Source: Epiperipatus broadwayi
Taxonomy: Eukaryota > Animalia > Onychophora
Direction: 5' to 3'
Assembly (NCBI GenBank): GCA_028023455.1
Contig: JAQFVV010000001.1
Span: 17,112,001-17,176,000, forward strand
Length of the DNA: 64,000 nt
Part shown: positions 39,190 through 52,977 of the stretch, piece by piece
Numbering within the stretch: position 1 is the first letter of the stretch
Layout of the letters: the number at the start of each line of letters is the position of its first letter
Made by a program: the position numbers and the translations under genes
Notes under the pieces: generated by a model
Database searches by the model: none
Told to the model about the DNA's origin: nothing
What the model saw: the letters and a program-made list of their open reading frames with translations, nothing else

Positions 39190-41480
39190 TCTATGCATCT
39201 ATCAAGATCAGAGGAATAAACTCTATAAAAAAAAAACTAACTTAAAAACTGGTTTCATGTTTTTCAACCACACATCATTGGTTTTTTGGAAAGTAAGATA
39301 TACAACAAGTCACAAACAGACCCATCATAATTTATGATAATCAAGGATATTCATTATTTTTCAGAGCACCATTCTCATCTTCAGTTAGAACAGGAATTGT
39401 GATAAACAAAGCCTATCCAGTCAGCTCATTTAAAATAATATAAATTGATGCATACACACTAATTGTTACAATATACCACAAAAAATAATGCTAGCATACA
39501 TGTACATTCCTCCAGGTAAAATAATAATTAATAGACTTATACATACATTAAATTCAAAATTTGCATCCTCAATACATCCTATAATTCTAATAGGAGACTT
39601 AAACATATTATACAATAAATTTGTAAAAAAAATGATTGCATCTTTTGACATTCCCTATCATGTCTGGAAAAAAATTTCTTCCACAGAACTTTAACTCCTT
39701 CAACAATAGCAGATACACCATCTTTAATTGACATTGTTTTTTATTCCTAGAATTGCACCATATGATCAGCATATTACTCAAAAACTCATATTTTTCAGAT
39801 CATTCTGTTATGGTGGTCTGTCTTAAAAATGATTTCTCATATATATCTATGATCGCAACAAGTAAAACTATTAGAATACTGCTTTCAGGGTGGATTAAAG
39901 AATATCTCTTTTCAGGAATATACATATCATTATTCAAAATTAGTGACTTGGAAATGGTACCTATTCAAACATGGATAGCATTTTTAAACATAATCTCATA
40001 TACAGTTTATACAATGACAAGAAACCAACCACCTCTCCTCAAAGATTTTAGCACTTGCAGATAAATTGAATTACATTTAGTGCTACCAAGTAGAGGGCTG
40101 TACAAATGTAATAGCCCTGCAGAAAGCATATTGTTTAGCTTGTGATTTACTCAAAGAATATCTGGTGATAAAAAGAAAAAAATATATCTGAATCAAACTG
40201 ACATGCGGACTAGGCAATAAATTCATTGGGCACTGGAGCAGACTGCTCTAAATTGCATTCTGTCAGCAATCAAAATAGAAGGGCAAATCATTGCAGGTGA
40301 CAATATCCTAGCACCACTTTATTCTTATTACGAAAATAAGTTATAAAAAGAGGAAAATTTAACCCTTATAAAACCTTCTGGAACTACCAGAAAACAATAT
40401 AAATTTTGTACAAACAGTGTTTGGAGAAACTCATGTCATCCACAAATACATGAAATATCTTGTTTTATATATAAACATTTAAGTCAATTCACAGAAAAAT
40501 ACCTGACACTTTTAACTAACTTTCTAACAAAGAAAATCTATCACATAGATGGGTTTTATTCCAACTAACTGGTTTCATTTGTTAAGAAGAAGAAAAATAT
40601 AACCACATTCTAAAACCTCAGATCCATATCAATAAATTCAATTAGAATTAAAATCTTGGAATCACAGATTAAAGATAGAATGAGCCTTATATTTTGCCAT
40701 TGCTGTACAAAACCCACTTTGCAAAGAAAGGCTCATCAACTGGGCAGACAACATTTTTTATAAGACAATAATCAATTTAATCAGAAACAACAAAAAATAT
40801 GAACCAGCTGTAGTTCAGCTGGACATTAAAACATCATTTGATATCATATCAATTTATATTTTACTTAATGCATTAGCAGATACATCAATACTTGGGGCAT
40901 TAATCTCCTTTATTACGAATCTTCTTCTAGGTTGAAAAATTCAGATAACTTTTAGTGGGAAGTACTCACCATCATCCATTTCATTTAACTTGATTCCACA
41001 AGGTTCACCATTAAGTGCTCTTTTATTCACATTTCATATCAATCCACTTCTTAAAGCAATTGAAAATGAGATGACTGGAATATTAATACCTAGAATAAAG
41101 TCAAATGCCTTATGTAGTGCATACATGAATGAAATAATAATCTCTTTGACAATTAAAAAAAACAGATATCAAAACTAATAAAAATTTAAAATATTACTGA
41201 GAAAAATATAAACTGAAATTCAATTTTAAAAAAATCAGTGCATGGTCTATGTATTGAGGATGCCAACATGAGTAATACTTTGAAGAAAAGCTTAATTCAT
41301 TTGTGGGATTTCCTTTTCATTTATTCTAAAATGCAATCACAGATACAGGAAAAACTAATGAATAAAGTTATGAATATGATTAATTCTTTTTTCCAAGTAA
41401 TATTTATCACTCTATGTCAAAGTGGCTTTTTTCAATCTCTTAATAATGACATGTGTGCCGGTTGGTTTTGTATGTTCACG
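39190..41480 (+). pseudogene. ORF2 remnant, endonuclease and RT portion
   Basis: Fragments in ORFs 39488-39694, 39753-40064 and 40990-41178 carry the APE and RT motifs. Confidence 0.85.
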
Positions 41481-44385
41481 TAACAAGATCTAGCATCTAG
41501 GCAAAAATACCTCGAATCCAATCATGTGCAAGATACACAGGTCAGAAACACTCATGAACTCTGCCCTATTTTCCAGATCTATAACATTATAAATAACAAT
41601 CCCGATGACATCGACTTAATTTACTTCTCACCGCCAGTATCGGTCATCGGAGACACAAAAAGACCCAGGCTAAACTTATATAATAGACTAACTTAATAAC
41701 TAGCTATATTTTATGAGCAATGAAGGCTCGTGACCTAGCATATTAATTATGTATTGAGCGGAGATTATCTAGTCATATTTGAGCTTAAGTAATAACTTAA
41801 TATATTAACTTAACTAAAAGAAAGCAATGGTTCGAGTTTGATATATATATTTAAGATTTATTAATAACAAAATTATGTCGGGTTATTTACCTGACATGAG
41901 CCTTGTGAGTATTATATATATATATGTGTTTGATTCATATTTAATGATAACATAAGATCTGCGGCTATGCCAATAATATATATGTGTGACTTGATGAATT
42001 AGCACTATTAGAATACATTATTGGAATACTATTACACCCCCAGAGATGAAAAGAGCATTTACTTAATTTAAAACAATAATTTTACAAGCAGATATTATAT
42101 TTGGTTACATTCAATATTATTATTGCTTGGAGTTATAGATAATTAATGCATGGGGTGGGTAATGAATAATTATATAAACGATACTAAATCTATCGCATTA
42201 ATATGTATATTAAACTAATGGAATATGTCTGTTTAGAGAAATCATCTCATTACGGCTTATGACTATTTCTGGGCGACTAATAAGACACTGAAAAGGCAGT
42301 GCATGCATGGCGGCTGATTGGGTTGGTCCAATTATGAATCCTGGAGTGTGCTTCATGAATTTTTAATAACGAAGTGGACCAATTTCCTCTGCAACGTAGG
42401 CAGGGTCAGTATTGAGATGAATGACAGTCGGCTATGTCATTATTGGGCTGGATTTTCCAGAGCGATCCCCATATAAAGCATGCACATAAGACCAAGGATG
42501 TCCCCAGGGTGGTTTTACAGCCTGGTTTAAGGACATAGAGAATGACGATGGGGCTTGACTGCATGAATACCTCCAGGTGAGAAAGAAGCATGAACATATA
42601 TATAAACATAATGGCCTTTATGCACGTAACGCTTAATAATATAATATAATTCTAAAGATTAAAGATGATCGAAACATATTTATTGCCCACAAATTATGAA
42701 ATATTCAGCATAATGATATGGCTTCATTAAGCAAACATGGATAATAATTATACTTAAATATAAAACTAAGCTCTTAAGATCCCCCTCCCCTTTACATTAT
42801 GTTACTTAATATTATTCATTACTTCTCACACATTTGATAAATCTCAGTTTTGGTTAATCAATGCCCTTGTGAAAATATATAAATTATTACAAAATAAGTG
42901 GGTGGTGGTAATAGCTAAGATGGATTTTACATATATAATATAATTTAAGAATAAAAGATAGCGCATTATTTAGGAAGGAAAAGGTGAAAAACAGATGTTA
43001 ATCTGTTTTTCTACAATAAACATAAAAATATAATTAGTTTATTTGTCTAAAATCATGAGCACCTGGGCAAGTCGAATAAGACTTGTTTTGATCAAATTAT
43101 AAATTATTTAACCAATAAATGATGGGTGGGGAAATGAAAATGAATTATATGCTTGCGATTTTTTAGAATATCATTGGCATTTCTTTTAAAATATAATACA
43201 TAAATCTAAATGAAAATTATTTGCCGCTTGGAATTAAAAGAAAAGGAAAAACATTTTATAGGAGGCTTAATATAGATTAGTTATATAGAGTTATATAAAG
43301 ACATATTTTGAAGACATTTAAAATAGATGATTAAAATATAAATATTACAGAGAAGGCAGAATTTAAAAATGGCAAGCAGTCAAAGTTCTTTTACCTTGCT
43401 TATTTAGAAGAGCAATTTCACTAGGAGTCAGTCCATCAGTATTGTTTCACTAGATCTAGGGTAGCATTATTATTTGAGAATTAGCATTTCGTTTTCACTG
43501 GAAAATGTCTAAAGTTCATTAGTATGGGATGCAGAGCTTTGTTCATGGGAACAGCATATTAGAATGGAGGGAAAAGGCAAAATTTCCTCTACTCATGACA
43601 CATTGTGTGAGAATTAAAACTGGTGTGGAATATGTATAACGACATAGTTATTTAGTGGTCTCCTCCTTTTGTGGATTCAAATCCAGCAGTATATATACTT
43701 TTATTTTGAAGCTGTAACTTAGCAACTACTGCAGGACCTGAGGCAGTTTAAGCACTTAAGTTTCATCTGGAATAGTTTGACCGGATACTCTTATCTAGTA
43801 AGATGTTTGAAACAATGCAAGTTTGTTATCAGTTTCTCGAACGACTGTTTTAAAATATATCTTATGATTTTAAAACAAGCTAGCATGGACAATTTTCACT
43901 AATGGGTTTATTTTATTATTACCAATTCGTAATCTTTTACTTTTATCTAAAGGGTCTTCCGGGTAATTGTTTTTCGAGAGACTTTTTAACAAGATTGCAT
44001 CACTTCTGGCTCCAAAATTATATATGAAAAAATAATAAGTTTCATATATAATACCTTATATATAATATAACTTTATTAATACATTCACAATCTCCTACAC
44101 TGAAATATATAGATATTTATTATTTACGCCCGCATACACATGAGAATATTATTATTAAATAAAATATTTTTAAATTAAAATACATACATGTTTACATTAT
44201 TTATGTTATAATACTAACCAAAACATATATATATATATATATATATTAGCTATGTATAAACATGCGTAAAGGTGGATTTGAATACAGTTAGATGGTAGGA
44301 GATTGGATGTGGGCTGTGAAGCAGGATCTGAGCATCAGATCATCTGCTTCACATGGGACACATGCTAACACATATATAACAATAT
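41480..44385. other. Unclassified ~2.9-kb non-coding insertion within the LINE ORF2
   Basis: LINE homology stops near 41480 and resumes near 44385; relatively CpG-rich first 1.2 kb; strong hairpin at 44315-44353. Confidence 0.6.
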
Positions 44386-44389
44386 ACAC

Positions 44390-45360
44390 AAAAGCTTTTA
44401 TATCTAAAATTTATTCAATGTGTAGGAAATTGTTGTGGAGGAAAAATGGCATCAATATCTCTAAGTAAGATTGTGTGCCCTCTATCTCAAAATGGATTGG
44501 GTTTACATTCTATAAAAAATTTTCAAGTTCAAAAAATACTTAATCTTATATCATCATGTGTAAGGATATTTCCATATCTAAAAATAGTTTTAAAAATTAC
44601 ACTCACATATAGACTGCCACCCTTATGTAATTACTGGAATATATTAATTTCTTCTTTATTATGTATTCCCAATTTAATATATTGCCCTTACAAAAATAAA
44701 ATTAAATACTGGGACATATATTCAATCTGTTCTTTCTCATCCAATGATAATATCAAACCCATTTTAAACAAAACCAATAAGTAGTTGACTAAAAAATTCA
44801 AATACTGGTCATTAGAACCAAAATCCTATGATTTTCTCCTAAAACTAAATCTTGAAACATTTCTCACTCTTTATTTCTACAGATATAAAAGAAATTGCAG
44901 TAATATTGAAGACATATGCAAACTGTCAGAGAGAATCAGAAACCCAATCACATTTTCTATTCACATGCTCCATGTTTAATAATATCCATTGGAATATAGC
45001 CAAAATATTTAAAAATAAAAATTACAACATACATACACTTCTCAATATATATAAATGTATTTATGCACACATTTGTCAGCACATTATACTATTCTCATTA
45101 TGGTGTACCAGATGTAAATTTATGTATGGTTCAAATAAAAGAAGACACCTTAATATGTTTAGGAGCAAAATGAATATTAAACACATAAGAGATGAAAAAA
45201 CTTCACCAACTAACATTTATTTAGATGCATGGTCACTAGTGTGACTTTGGTTGAATTCATGACATAATTCACTGTTATAAAATGATAACTGGATAATTAA
45301 AAGCAAAAAAAGATATCAATGCAATGATATACATAGAAAGATGTAAATCTTATGCAGCAG
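44390..45360 (+). pseudogene. ORF2 remnant, C-terminal portion
   Basis: ORFs 44446-44784 and 44852-45244 with the GLGL motif and Cys/His domain. Confidence 0.8.
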
Positions 45361-45641
45361 TCAGAAAATACTAAGCTGCTTTCAATATTGTTTTTTTTTC
45401 TGTTACACATAATTTGTAAATTTTTACCATCTCTAGTATGGGATAAAAATACTGAGTATATAATATAAACTACATATCTCCCTTTGTTTAAAACCTCATA
45501 GTCTTTTCTTACTCTATCTTATGTATACGACACTAATTACTGTTTTGTAAATTTATAATTCAATGAAGTCTTTTGAAACAAAAAAAATATTTGTAAGTTT
45601 GATTTTAGATTTTTTTGTAAAAAAAAAAAAACTCTTAAAAT

Positions 45642-45749
45642 GCCAAGCGTTGTTAGCCGAGAGGTCATCGCAGCCGCCTTGCGAGCACGTAGTTGGTTGC
45701 AGACGGAAATGGGTTCGCGTCCCGGCCGATGCTATGACATATAAAAAAA
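45642..45749 (+). mobile_element. Short tRNA-derived SINE, copy 2
   Basis: GCCAAGCGTTGTTAGCCGAGAGGTC...GGGTTCGCGTCCCGGCCGATGCTATGACAT plus A tail; TSD not evident. Confidence 0.88.
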
Positions 45750-46239
45750 TAAATAAATAGCATATCAATTTAAATAGAAAACATACATTATCATTTTATT
45801 CACGCACGTATATGACATTCATTTACCTTATTAACTTATAGGACGAATTTCTTTTAAACATGTAATGCTTATTTATTAATTTAAATTTATATACGTATAT
45901 AAAAAAATCTTAATTGAATTCTTAGAAAGAACGATTTAATGACTATATATATGCAAATAATTTAAATATCTGCTTCCTATTATTAAATCTCTCTAATTAT
46001 AATACAAACTGAACTGCTTTTTAATTTTTATTAAAAAAAAAAAAAACTAAATTAAACTGAGTTTGTTATTTTTACTCTAAATTGCTGGTTAATAAAATGT
46101 GTAACGTTCTTAAACATTAGTGCAATAGATTTAAGAAAAGAATAAAGAAAAATACTTATAATACCAATTTGAGGAATAAAAAAGCAAAATGTATTTATAG
46201 TATATTACGGCAAAATAAAGGAAAGTATGATTTTGGTAA

Positions 46240-46435
46240 TATAATGTATATACTGAACTTTTAGATGTAATTAGAGGAAATATGAGCACAGATTTTCAAG
46301 CTCCCTTCAGCTACATTGGAGATCATTTATCTTTTTCACATGTATGTCGTCATTTGTATCGGTTATGTATGATGTAATTGATAGCTAAAAAGGAGCTTGA
46401 AAGTCTGTGCTTAAATCCTCTCTAATTATATCTAA
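46240..46435. mobile_element. Short fold-back copy of the hammerhead/tRNA-like family
   Basis: 46240-46313 is the reverse complement of the family 3' part; the forward copy starts at ATTGGAGATC (46315). Confidence 0.8.
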
Positions 46436-46727
46436 AATAAAAACTTTTAAAAATTATAAAATGTAAATGAAAATTTACTAATCTGTAGTACATTATTTCA
46501 TAAAGTTAATTTTATTTTTTTTTTAAAAAGCTCATTCTAAAGTGTGTTAAATAAATAAAAAAATAAATAAAATGGAAACAAAAATAAATACCACATATTT
46601 AAAATCATGGTTATCTATTGTCTAGGCATCATAATCTATTTGGTAATGGTAAACACATCCTCATACTAAATCAATGCAAAATATTTTAAAATAAAGTAAT
46701 TTATACTATTTTAGCATGTTTTACTTC

Positions 46728-46782
46728 CAAGCAGCTGGCCCGAGTTCGCTTCCCGGTCAACGTATTTGACATATGAAAAAAA
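46728..46782 (+). mobile_element. 5'-truncated SINE, copy 3
   Basis: GAGTTCGCTTCCCGGTCAACGTATTTGACATATG plus A run matches the SINE 3' end. Confidence 0.65.
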
Positions 46783-49498
46783 CAACAATTTTATTTTATT
46801 TAAAAACTTATAAATTAATGTAAATCTTATATTATGAGATAAAGTATTTTAATTCAAATTGTACAATGATATTGTGATAAACTGTGATTTATTAAAATGT
46901 TACATCTGTTTGATAAGGATTAATTAGTAGGAAAAATAAAACAGATTTAAATAGATTATGTCAATGTATAAAGTTCTCTTTAATAGCCATTCAGAGTAAA
47001 ACACTGAAAGAGAAGGCATTATTTCTAAGGAGAAGGCATTATTTCCTAGGCTTGACAACATCTAGGAGGGGATAGTTTGAATGATTTATATTTTTGTTTT
47101 ATTCTCTAATTTCAAAAATAATTAGATACCTATTTATTTAACATTTGATAGTTATCTTAGATAACCATTAGCTGACTGAAAAAATACCAGACATGACTAA
47201 AATGTGAAAAAGATGTTCTAATTTTAATAAGCCTTCATTTTAATCCACTTTATAGACATGTCAGGGAAATTTGCTTTATGAATAATAATTAATTAATATT
47301 ATCACATTTGTTTTATCACAAAGTACCAATGAAGAGTGCTTATAAAATTATGAATTTGACTTACTGACTTTGTTTAAAACTTGATTTGTATTTGTAGTAT
47401 CATTATTAATTAATTAATCAATACCGAACTATCTCTGGTTTTTTCTGTACGAGAAATTCAATGAGGCAATACAAAACAGTCCTCTGGGTTTAGTCTTGTT
47501 TACAAATAATTGATGTTTCCCTGCCTAAATCGAAAGAAAGATTATTTTACTTTGAATTTGAATAGATGAATTAATTCCCTATCAAAATAAATTGAGTTAT
47601 TTATAATGCCCTGCATTATTAATATGGAAGACACATTTTTGATTATATTTATTTAAAAATAATATATTTAATTAATTAATGAAATACTGTTCACTTTCAT
47701 CATTTTCAATGGAGAACTTTACATTTTATATACATTGTTTTGAGCAATTATTTGATTTTCTTTAATAAGTGTTTAAAAAACATGCTTTATGATTATGTAA
47801 GTCTTTTGAGATAACTAATTTATTAGTTATAAATCATCAAAAATAATAATAATTGTTTTTTATTTTTAATGGAAATATAGGTTTATGCTTTTTTATTTAC
47901 AATGTAATAGAAGTTAATGCTTGGAGGAATGAAAGCAAATTAAAAACAGACAAAAAAATAGTATTTAAATTTGATTTATTTAATAATAAATCTTTTAATT
48001 TCTTAATAAACTAAAAAGTTATATATTTATATTTAGACTATTTTCAAACTTATAATTGGTATGTGTATCTCTTGCATAAATTAAATTATGTACTAGGCTT
48101 AGAATAATACATTTTTATTGACTTTTTTTAAAAATTACTGTTAATATTAATAATCAGCATGGAAATAATCTTATAATAAATTATTTACTTTTTTTTTTAC
48201 TTCATTAGAAAAATCTATGTTAATCATTTTATTATATTATTTACTTAGAATTAAATTCATTTTCAAGTGTTTTCTTTTGTTAATGAATTAAAAAATTAAA
48301 AAAAATTATTTTAACTCAAATCCACCTCATATATATTACTTTAAAATTTATTAATCCCTTATCAGTTAAACTTTAAATCACAAACTTATTATAGATTTCA
48401 ATGGCCAAAATGCTTTCAATGAAAATTTAAGTTTTTAGTGAGAATCACAGTTTAAAATGTTTAACAATCAAGATTTTAGATTTAACTTTTATATTTAGGC
48501 ATCATAATAAATCAGAATTTTAAAAGGAAAAGAATGCTTCCTTCAGAAAAAATACACTTATGTGTTGGTGTAGCATAAACTGTGCTATTATACCAATAAT
48601 TACAAAAAAATATGTAAATTTTATTTGTTTTTACATTTTTTTTTGTAAAATTATTGAATATTTATTTTTTAACAAGTTATGAAGAACTTTTGCTTGAATA
48701 TATTTTATTATTAACTGCAACTAAAACCAAAACCTAAATCATAAGATTAATTTCTTATATATGTAGCCTTTAGTTTGAATAGTTTGTGGCAAATTAAATT
48801 TTTAGTTTTTGTATATCTATTATTAAAAATGATTTTCCAAGTAACTGTAATAATGAAAGTAATTTAAAATCAATGAAATTATTGTGTGAAATTTGAAAAA
48901 AAAACCCTTATATTTTTAACTTTATTAAAGTAATATATATATATATATCATGAACATTTAAATGCTTCAAAAAATAAAATTTAAATAATAAATATAAAAT
49001 ATATTTTATTTTTGTAATTATATTGTTTAAAATGAATGAAAATGTTTCTAAAACTAAATAAAAATAGCTTTAAAAATAAGAAATAACTTTAAAATTTTTG
49101 TTCTGACAATATAAACAGTAGCCACCAAAAGTTTGCAAGTTGACATTTGCATTTTAAAGCTTTTTTTTTTACACATACCTGCCATTTAAAAACAAAAAGT
49201 AAAAAAAATATATAAAAACTTTAATAGAAAATTATTAGTATTATATCACAATTTCTCAGCAAAAATTACAGCAAAATCTTTAGACTTAGACTAATGGAAT
49301 GCCATGAAATATTATTACAGGAAAAACTTTATGGCACTACAACAGCCCAATGTATTAAAGCAATATATTCCCCAAAAGTAATTATTATTTTTATCTTTTT
49401 ATTATTTTATAACTTTTACAATCTATACAATTTTAAAATAACAAGATTAAATGTATTTCCATTTATAAACAAAAGATACAACAAACTCTAGACCAGAT

Positions 49499-49500
<2 letters not shown>

Positions 49501-49534
<34 letters not shown>
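49501..49534. repeat. (TA)17 microsatellite
   Basis: Direct read. Confidence 0.95.
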
Positions 49535-49538
<4 letters not shown>

Positions 49539-52500
49539 TTAGTAGTTTAACTTTAATATTTAACAGAAATTTCAGACACTATGCTTAATGAGTCCTAAAT
49601 AAAATGTATTGAAATATATTAAACAAATTTGCATATTTTAATTTAATTTTTATATATGATCAGACAATATAATCTTTGACTGAAATTGTCAGTTAATAAT
49701 GGAAAAACAAGCTTATTTGAAAATTAATTGGAGAAATATTATTATATTATTTACAAGAATAATGAATTTATTTTATCTTAATTTCTCACTTTGAAATTGC
49801 TTGTGTGAATATATACATGTTTATAATAAATTTCAATTTTAACATATATTAGATAATATAGAGTTCTTGATTGACTAACAACACTTTAGTTTTTAATTTG
49901 AAACCAGTCTTGCAAGCAATTTATTAATTATTATTTTATTTTTTCTTCCATTTAACTTTTTTTTTTAAAAAATTTAAATCTCCATTAAATTTGTACTTTT
50001 TTTTTTCAAAATTTTATTAAAAATTTAAGTTTAGAAATGAAAAGTAATTTTAAAAGTAATACATTACCACTGCAAATAAACAAAAAGATTAATGAATAGA
50101 AATAAATAATCAAAACAAAACAAAAACATTTTAATCTTCTGGAAAAAATTTACCTTAATTAAAAACATATTAATTATAAAATTTATATATGAAAAATAAA
50201 TTTGTAGTAGCAATTCTTTTCATATAGTAGTGCCATCCAGTGCAAGATGTGGTAATCAATAGATGCCAGACAGTTTGTGCATTTAAACCTCTATCTGGGA
50301 CTACTCATCCAATATTCCCAAGCTACTTTCTAGCTTATGACTTTATCAGGTGAGGAACCTTGAATCTGAGAGCAACACACCTAGACCTCTAGATTTAATG
50401 CATTCTTTCATCAACTACCTTTTATCTATTTGGTCAACTATAAAGCAATGAACCCAATCTGAAAACATAATAATGCTTTCAATCAAAAACAATTTGCTTG
50501 TATAATCATGCAGATATGTTTTTAAGTTTTTTTTACAACCCTAGTTACCAATACTCTTTTGGCTAGAATTGATATTATATCAATATAACATCACAACTTA
50601 TCCTTGCATAAAACTTTCTAGCATCTACTGACTAAATACTGTAGCTTGTTCTGGATGATACTATTGTACAGATATAGATACTCTATTTTAATATCTTCTG
50701 CAATAATAATAAGTTGTTGGTAATGTGTTGTTACAGAGGGTTAAAACAAATTTATGTAAACAAATTCAAGTAATAAAAATATTTTTTAAAACATTAACAA
50801 CTAAATTATAATTACAAAAAATAAAGAAACAATTATATCCAATTAAAATGTTACATATTTACTAAAAAATAAAGATTTAATAATTTTATAAAAAAATATA
50901 ATCAAGCAAACAAATTATATTTAAATTTGTTTTTCTGTTTTTATGCTATAATAAAAAACGTAGTCCTGCAAGTGAAGATAGTACATTTGCCTAGATGAGA
51001 TAAAATAAAGCTCACTGATTTTGACTTTTCAATGATTGTTCCTGATATCTTTCCATCAAATGAATATATCAATTACAGCTTTTGAATTACTTTCAGCCTT
51101 ATTGCAACATTAATGAATTATTTAATTTAAAACAGATTACTTAATGATTTAAAAGTGAAAGTTACTTTTTTAATAATGAAAGTTTGTATATTCCAGAAAT
51201 TATAATTAGTAGTATCCATTATTCATTAACTTACTCTTTCATATATATATATAAACAAAGGGAGTAAAATCACTTCCCCAGGCTATGAATTAAAAGCACA
51301 CTAAATGTTGAACTAACAATCAAGAATAGAATGAATCCACTTATTCTTAATAGTTCTTATGTTTATAAGCATACCTTTGTCAACATTGTTGGTAATTCAT
51401 GACACTTAAGAGTTATTTATTCTCTTTGTTTACATATATATTAAGCTATATTAAACCTTATTTAATTTTTACAATGGTTGTGTTTACAGTTCAGTGATAC
51501 TTCTGACTGTACTTTGGCAGCTTATCTCACATTTACATTAGGTTCTAGCAGCTTTGAGTCCCGAATGTGAACTTGCCTCACAGCACAATCAATGTCTCTT
51601 GGGAAATTCTGTCTTTCAATTTTGTAACAATAGTTCTCTGATCTTACCTAAATGGATTGACTACTTATTGCCAGATCCCCATCCATAATAGAAACACTTA
51701 GATTCAGTGAACATCATCATCTATTGGCCCATTCTTTCCATTAGCTATGCATTATCTATCTGTATATACATCAGTTTGTAGCGATGAATGCTCAATTCAA
51801 TCAAGGTAAGATGGAATGTGGACTAGTCCATTATTTGAAGTCAAGATGAGATATGACAACAATAAAGGTGTTAAAGGGGAGATACTGTTTCCAGCCTTGT
51901 ATAATTGATTATGAGTTTAATAACTCTTAAGTGCTGTATTTTGTCTGACTAATAAATTAGTTTCACTCTGAATTACTAAATATGTTACCAAAATATGCTT
52001 ATATACATCAGAGCTCCCAAGAACAGGTAGATTCTTGTTCAACATTACTTCCTTTGTTTATATATACATTGAGATATGTTTAATTTAAAGTTTATATATA
52101 TTTGAGTATTTTTCTTTAAGTTAAAACAAAGCTTATATAATTATTAGTAAATATAAAATAGTTTTATTTGCCTTTAGCAAAAATATTACCATCATAAATT
52201 TATTTGCCTTTAGTAATAATATGATTTATGTAAGTCAATAATTATTTATTCAGTGCAGTATTTATCTGTAATTATTCGGAAGAAAATAAATCTTCACATG
52301 TGCACTGTTTATTTATATAGCTCATGTAAAATTATGATTAAATGATAAATTTTTATGATTTATAATTATTATAAAGAAACCACAGCAGTATTTGTTTTGA
52401 AAAGTTTTAGAAAACATTCCAAAAAATGTTATGAATTGCTAATCAAGTGTTTTGAGAATATAATTGTTATAATATATTTAAACTTTAACTATATATATTG

Positions 52501-52977
52501 TAACAGAATAGCGTTACATGGGATTTGAATCCAGGCATATGATGTTAGATTAAATATATATGCAATTGACGAAATGAATGACAGGTACAAAACTTTAAAA
52601 AAAAGGGTTTTGCTTTAATAATGAACGAGAAACACCCATTTCTAGAGCATGATCGCAGCTATATAAGAGTACCTGTCAAATTTATTGAAATAAGAGTAAA
52701 AGAGTTTTTTTGTTATTTTGTTGTTTTTGAGAATAAATATGTAATCATTAGTTGTAAGTTTGTTTTTTTTTTGTTTTTTTTTTAAAAAAGAAAGATGAAT
52801 GATTGAACACAGGTTTGACATTTTATTAAGTCATTTACATCATGTTTAAACAAAAAGAGAAAATGAATTGATTAATTTGCAACATGTTCTGAAATTCCAA
52901 GTGATCTAAAATTATTTTCAATGGGGGGTAATTAGTAAATGTAAAGTTAGTAAAAATGAAACAATAAGCTGGATATA

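Larger units (their letters stand above)
37300..45400 (+). mobile_element. Decayed L1/Tx1-type LINE (ORF1 plus ORF2), interrupted at ~41480-44385
   Basis: ORF1 knuckles CFNWNQRCHIIDAC and CPHC (38524-38625); APE motifs IILIGDLN and FSDH; RT motifs LDIKTSFD, PQGSPLSALLF and AYMNEI; after the insertion, PLSQNGLGL and the C-terminal ANCQRESETQSHFLFTC. Confidence 0.85.

Noticed and set aside
42400-42620. GC-richer patch with donor-like CAG/GTGAGA as a host exon
   Set aside because: Stops in all three frames shortly upstream, and it lies inside a TE insertion.
51240-52070. Short inverted matches around a possible integrase-tail or RNase H relic on the minus strand
   Set aside because: Motif matches (VYTD, RQVHIRD) are too weak and lie in inconsistent frames.
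52517-52535. Isolated B-box-like GGATTCAAATCCCATG (minus strand), similar to 30864-30878; another at ~43673
   Set aside because: Too short to assign to a family.
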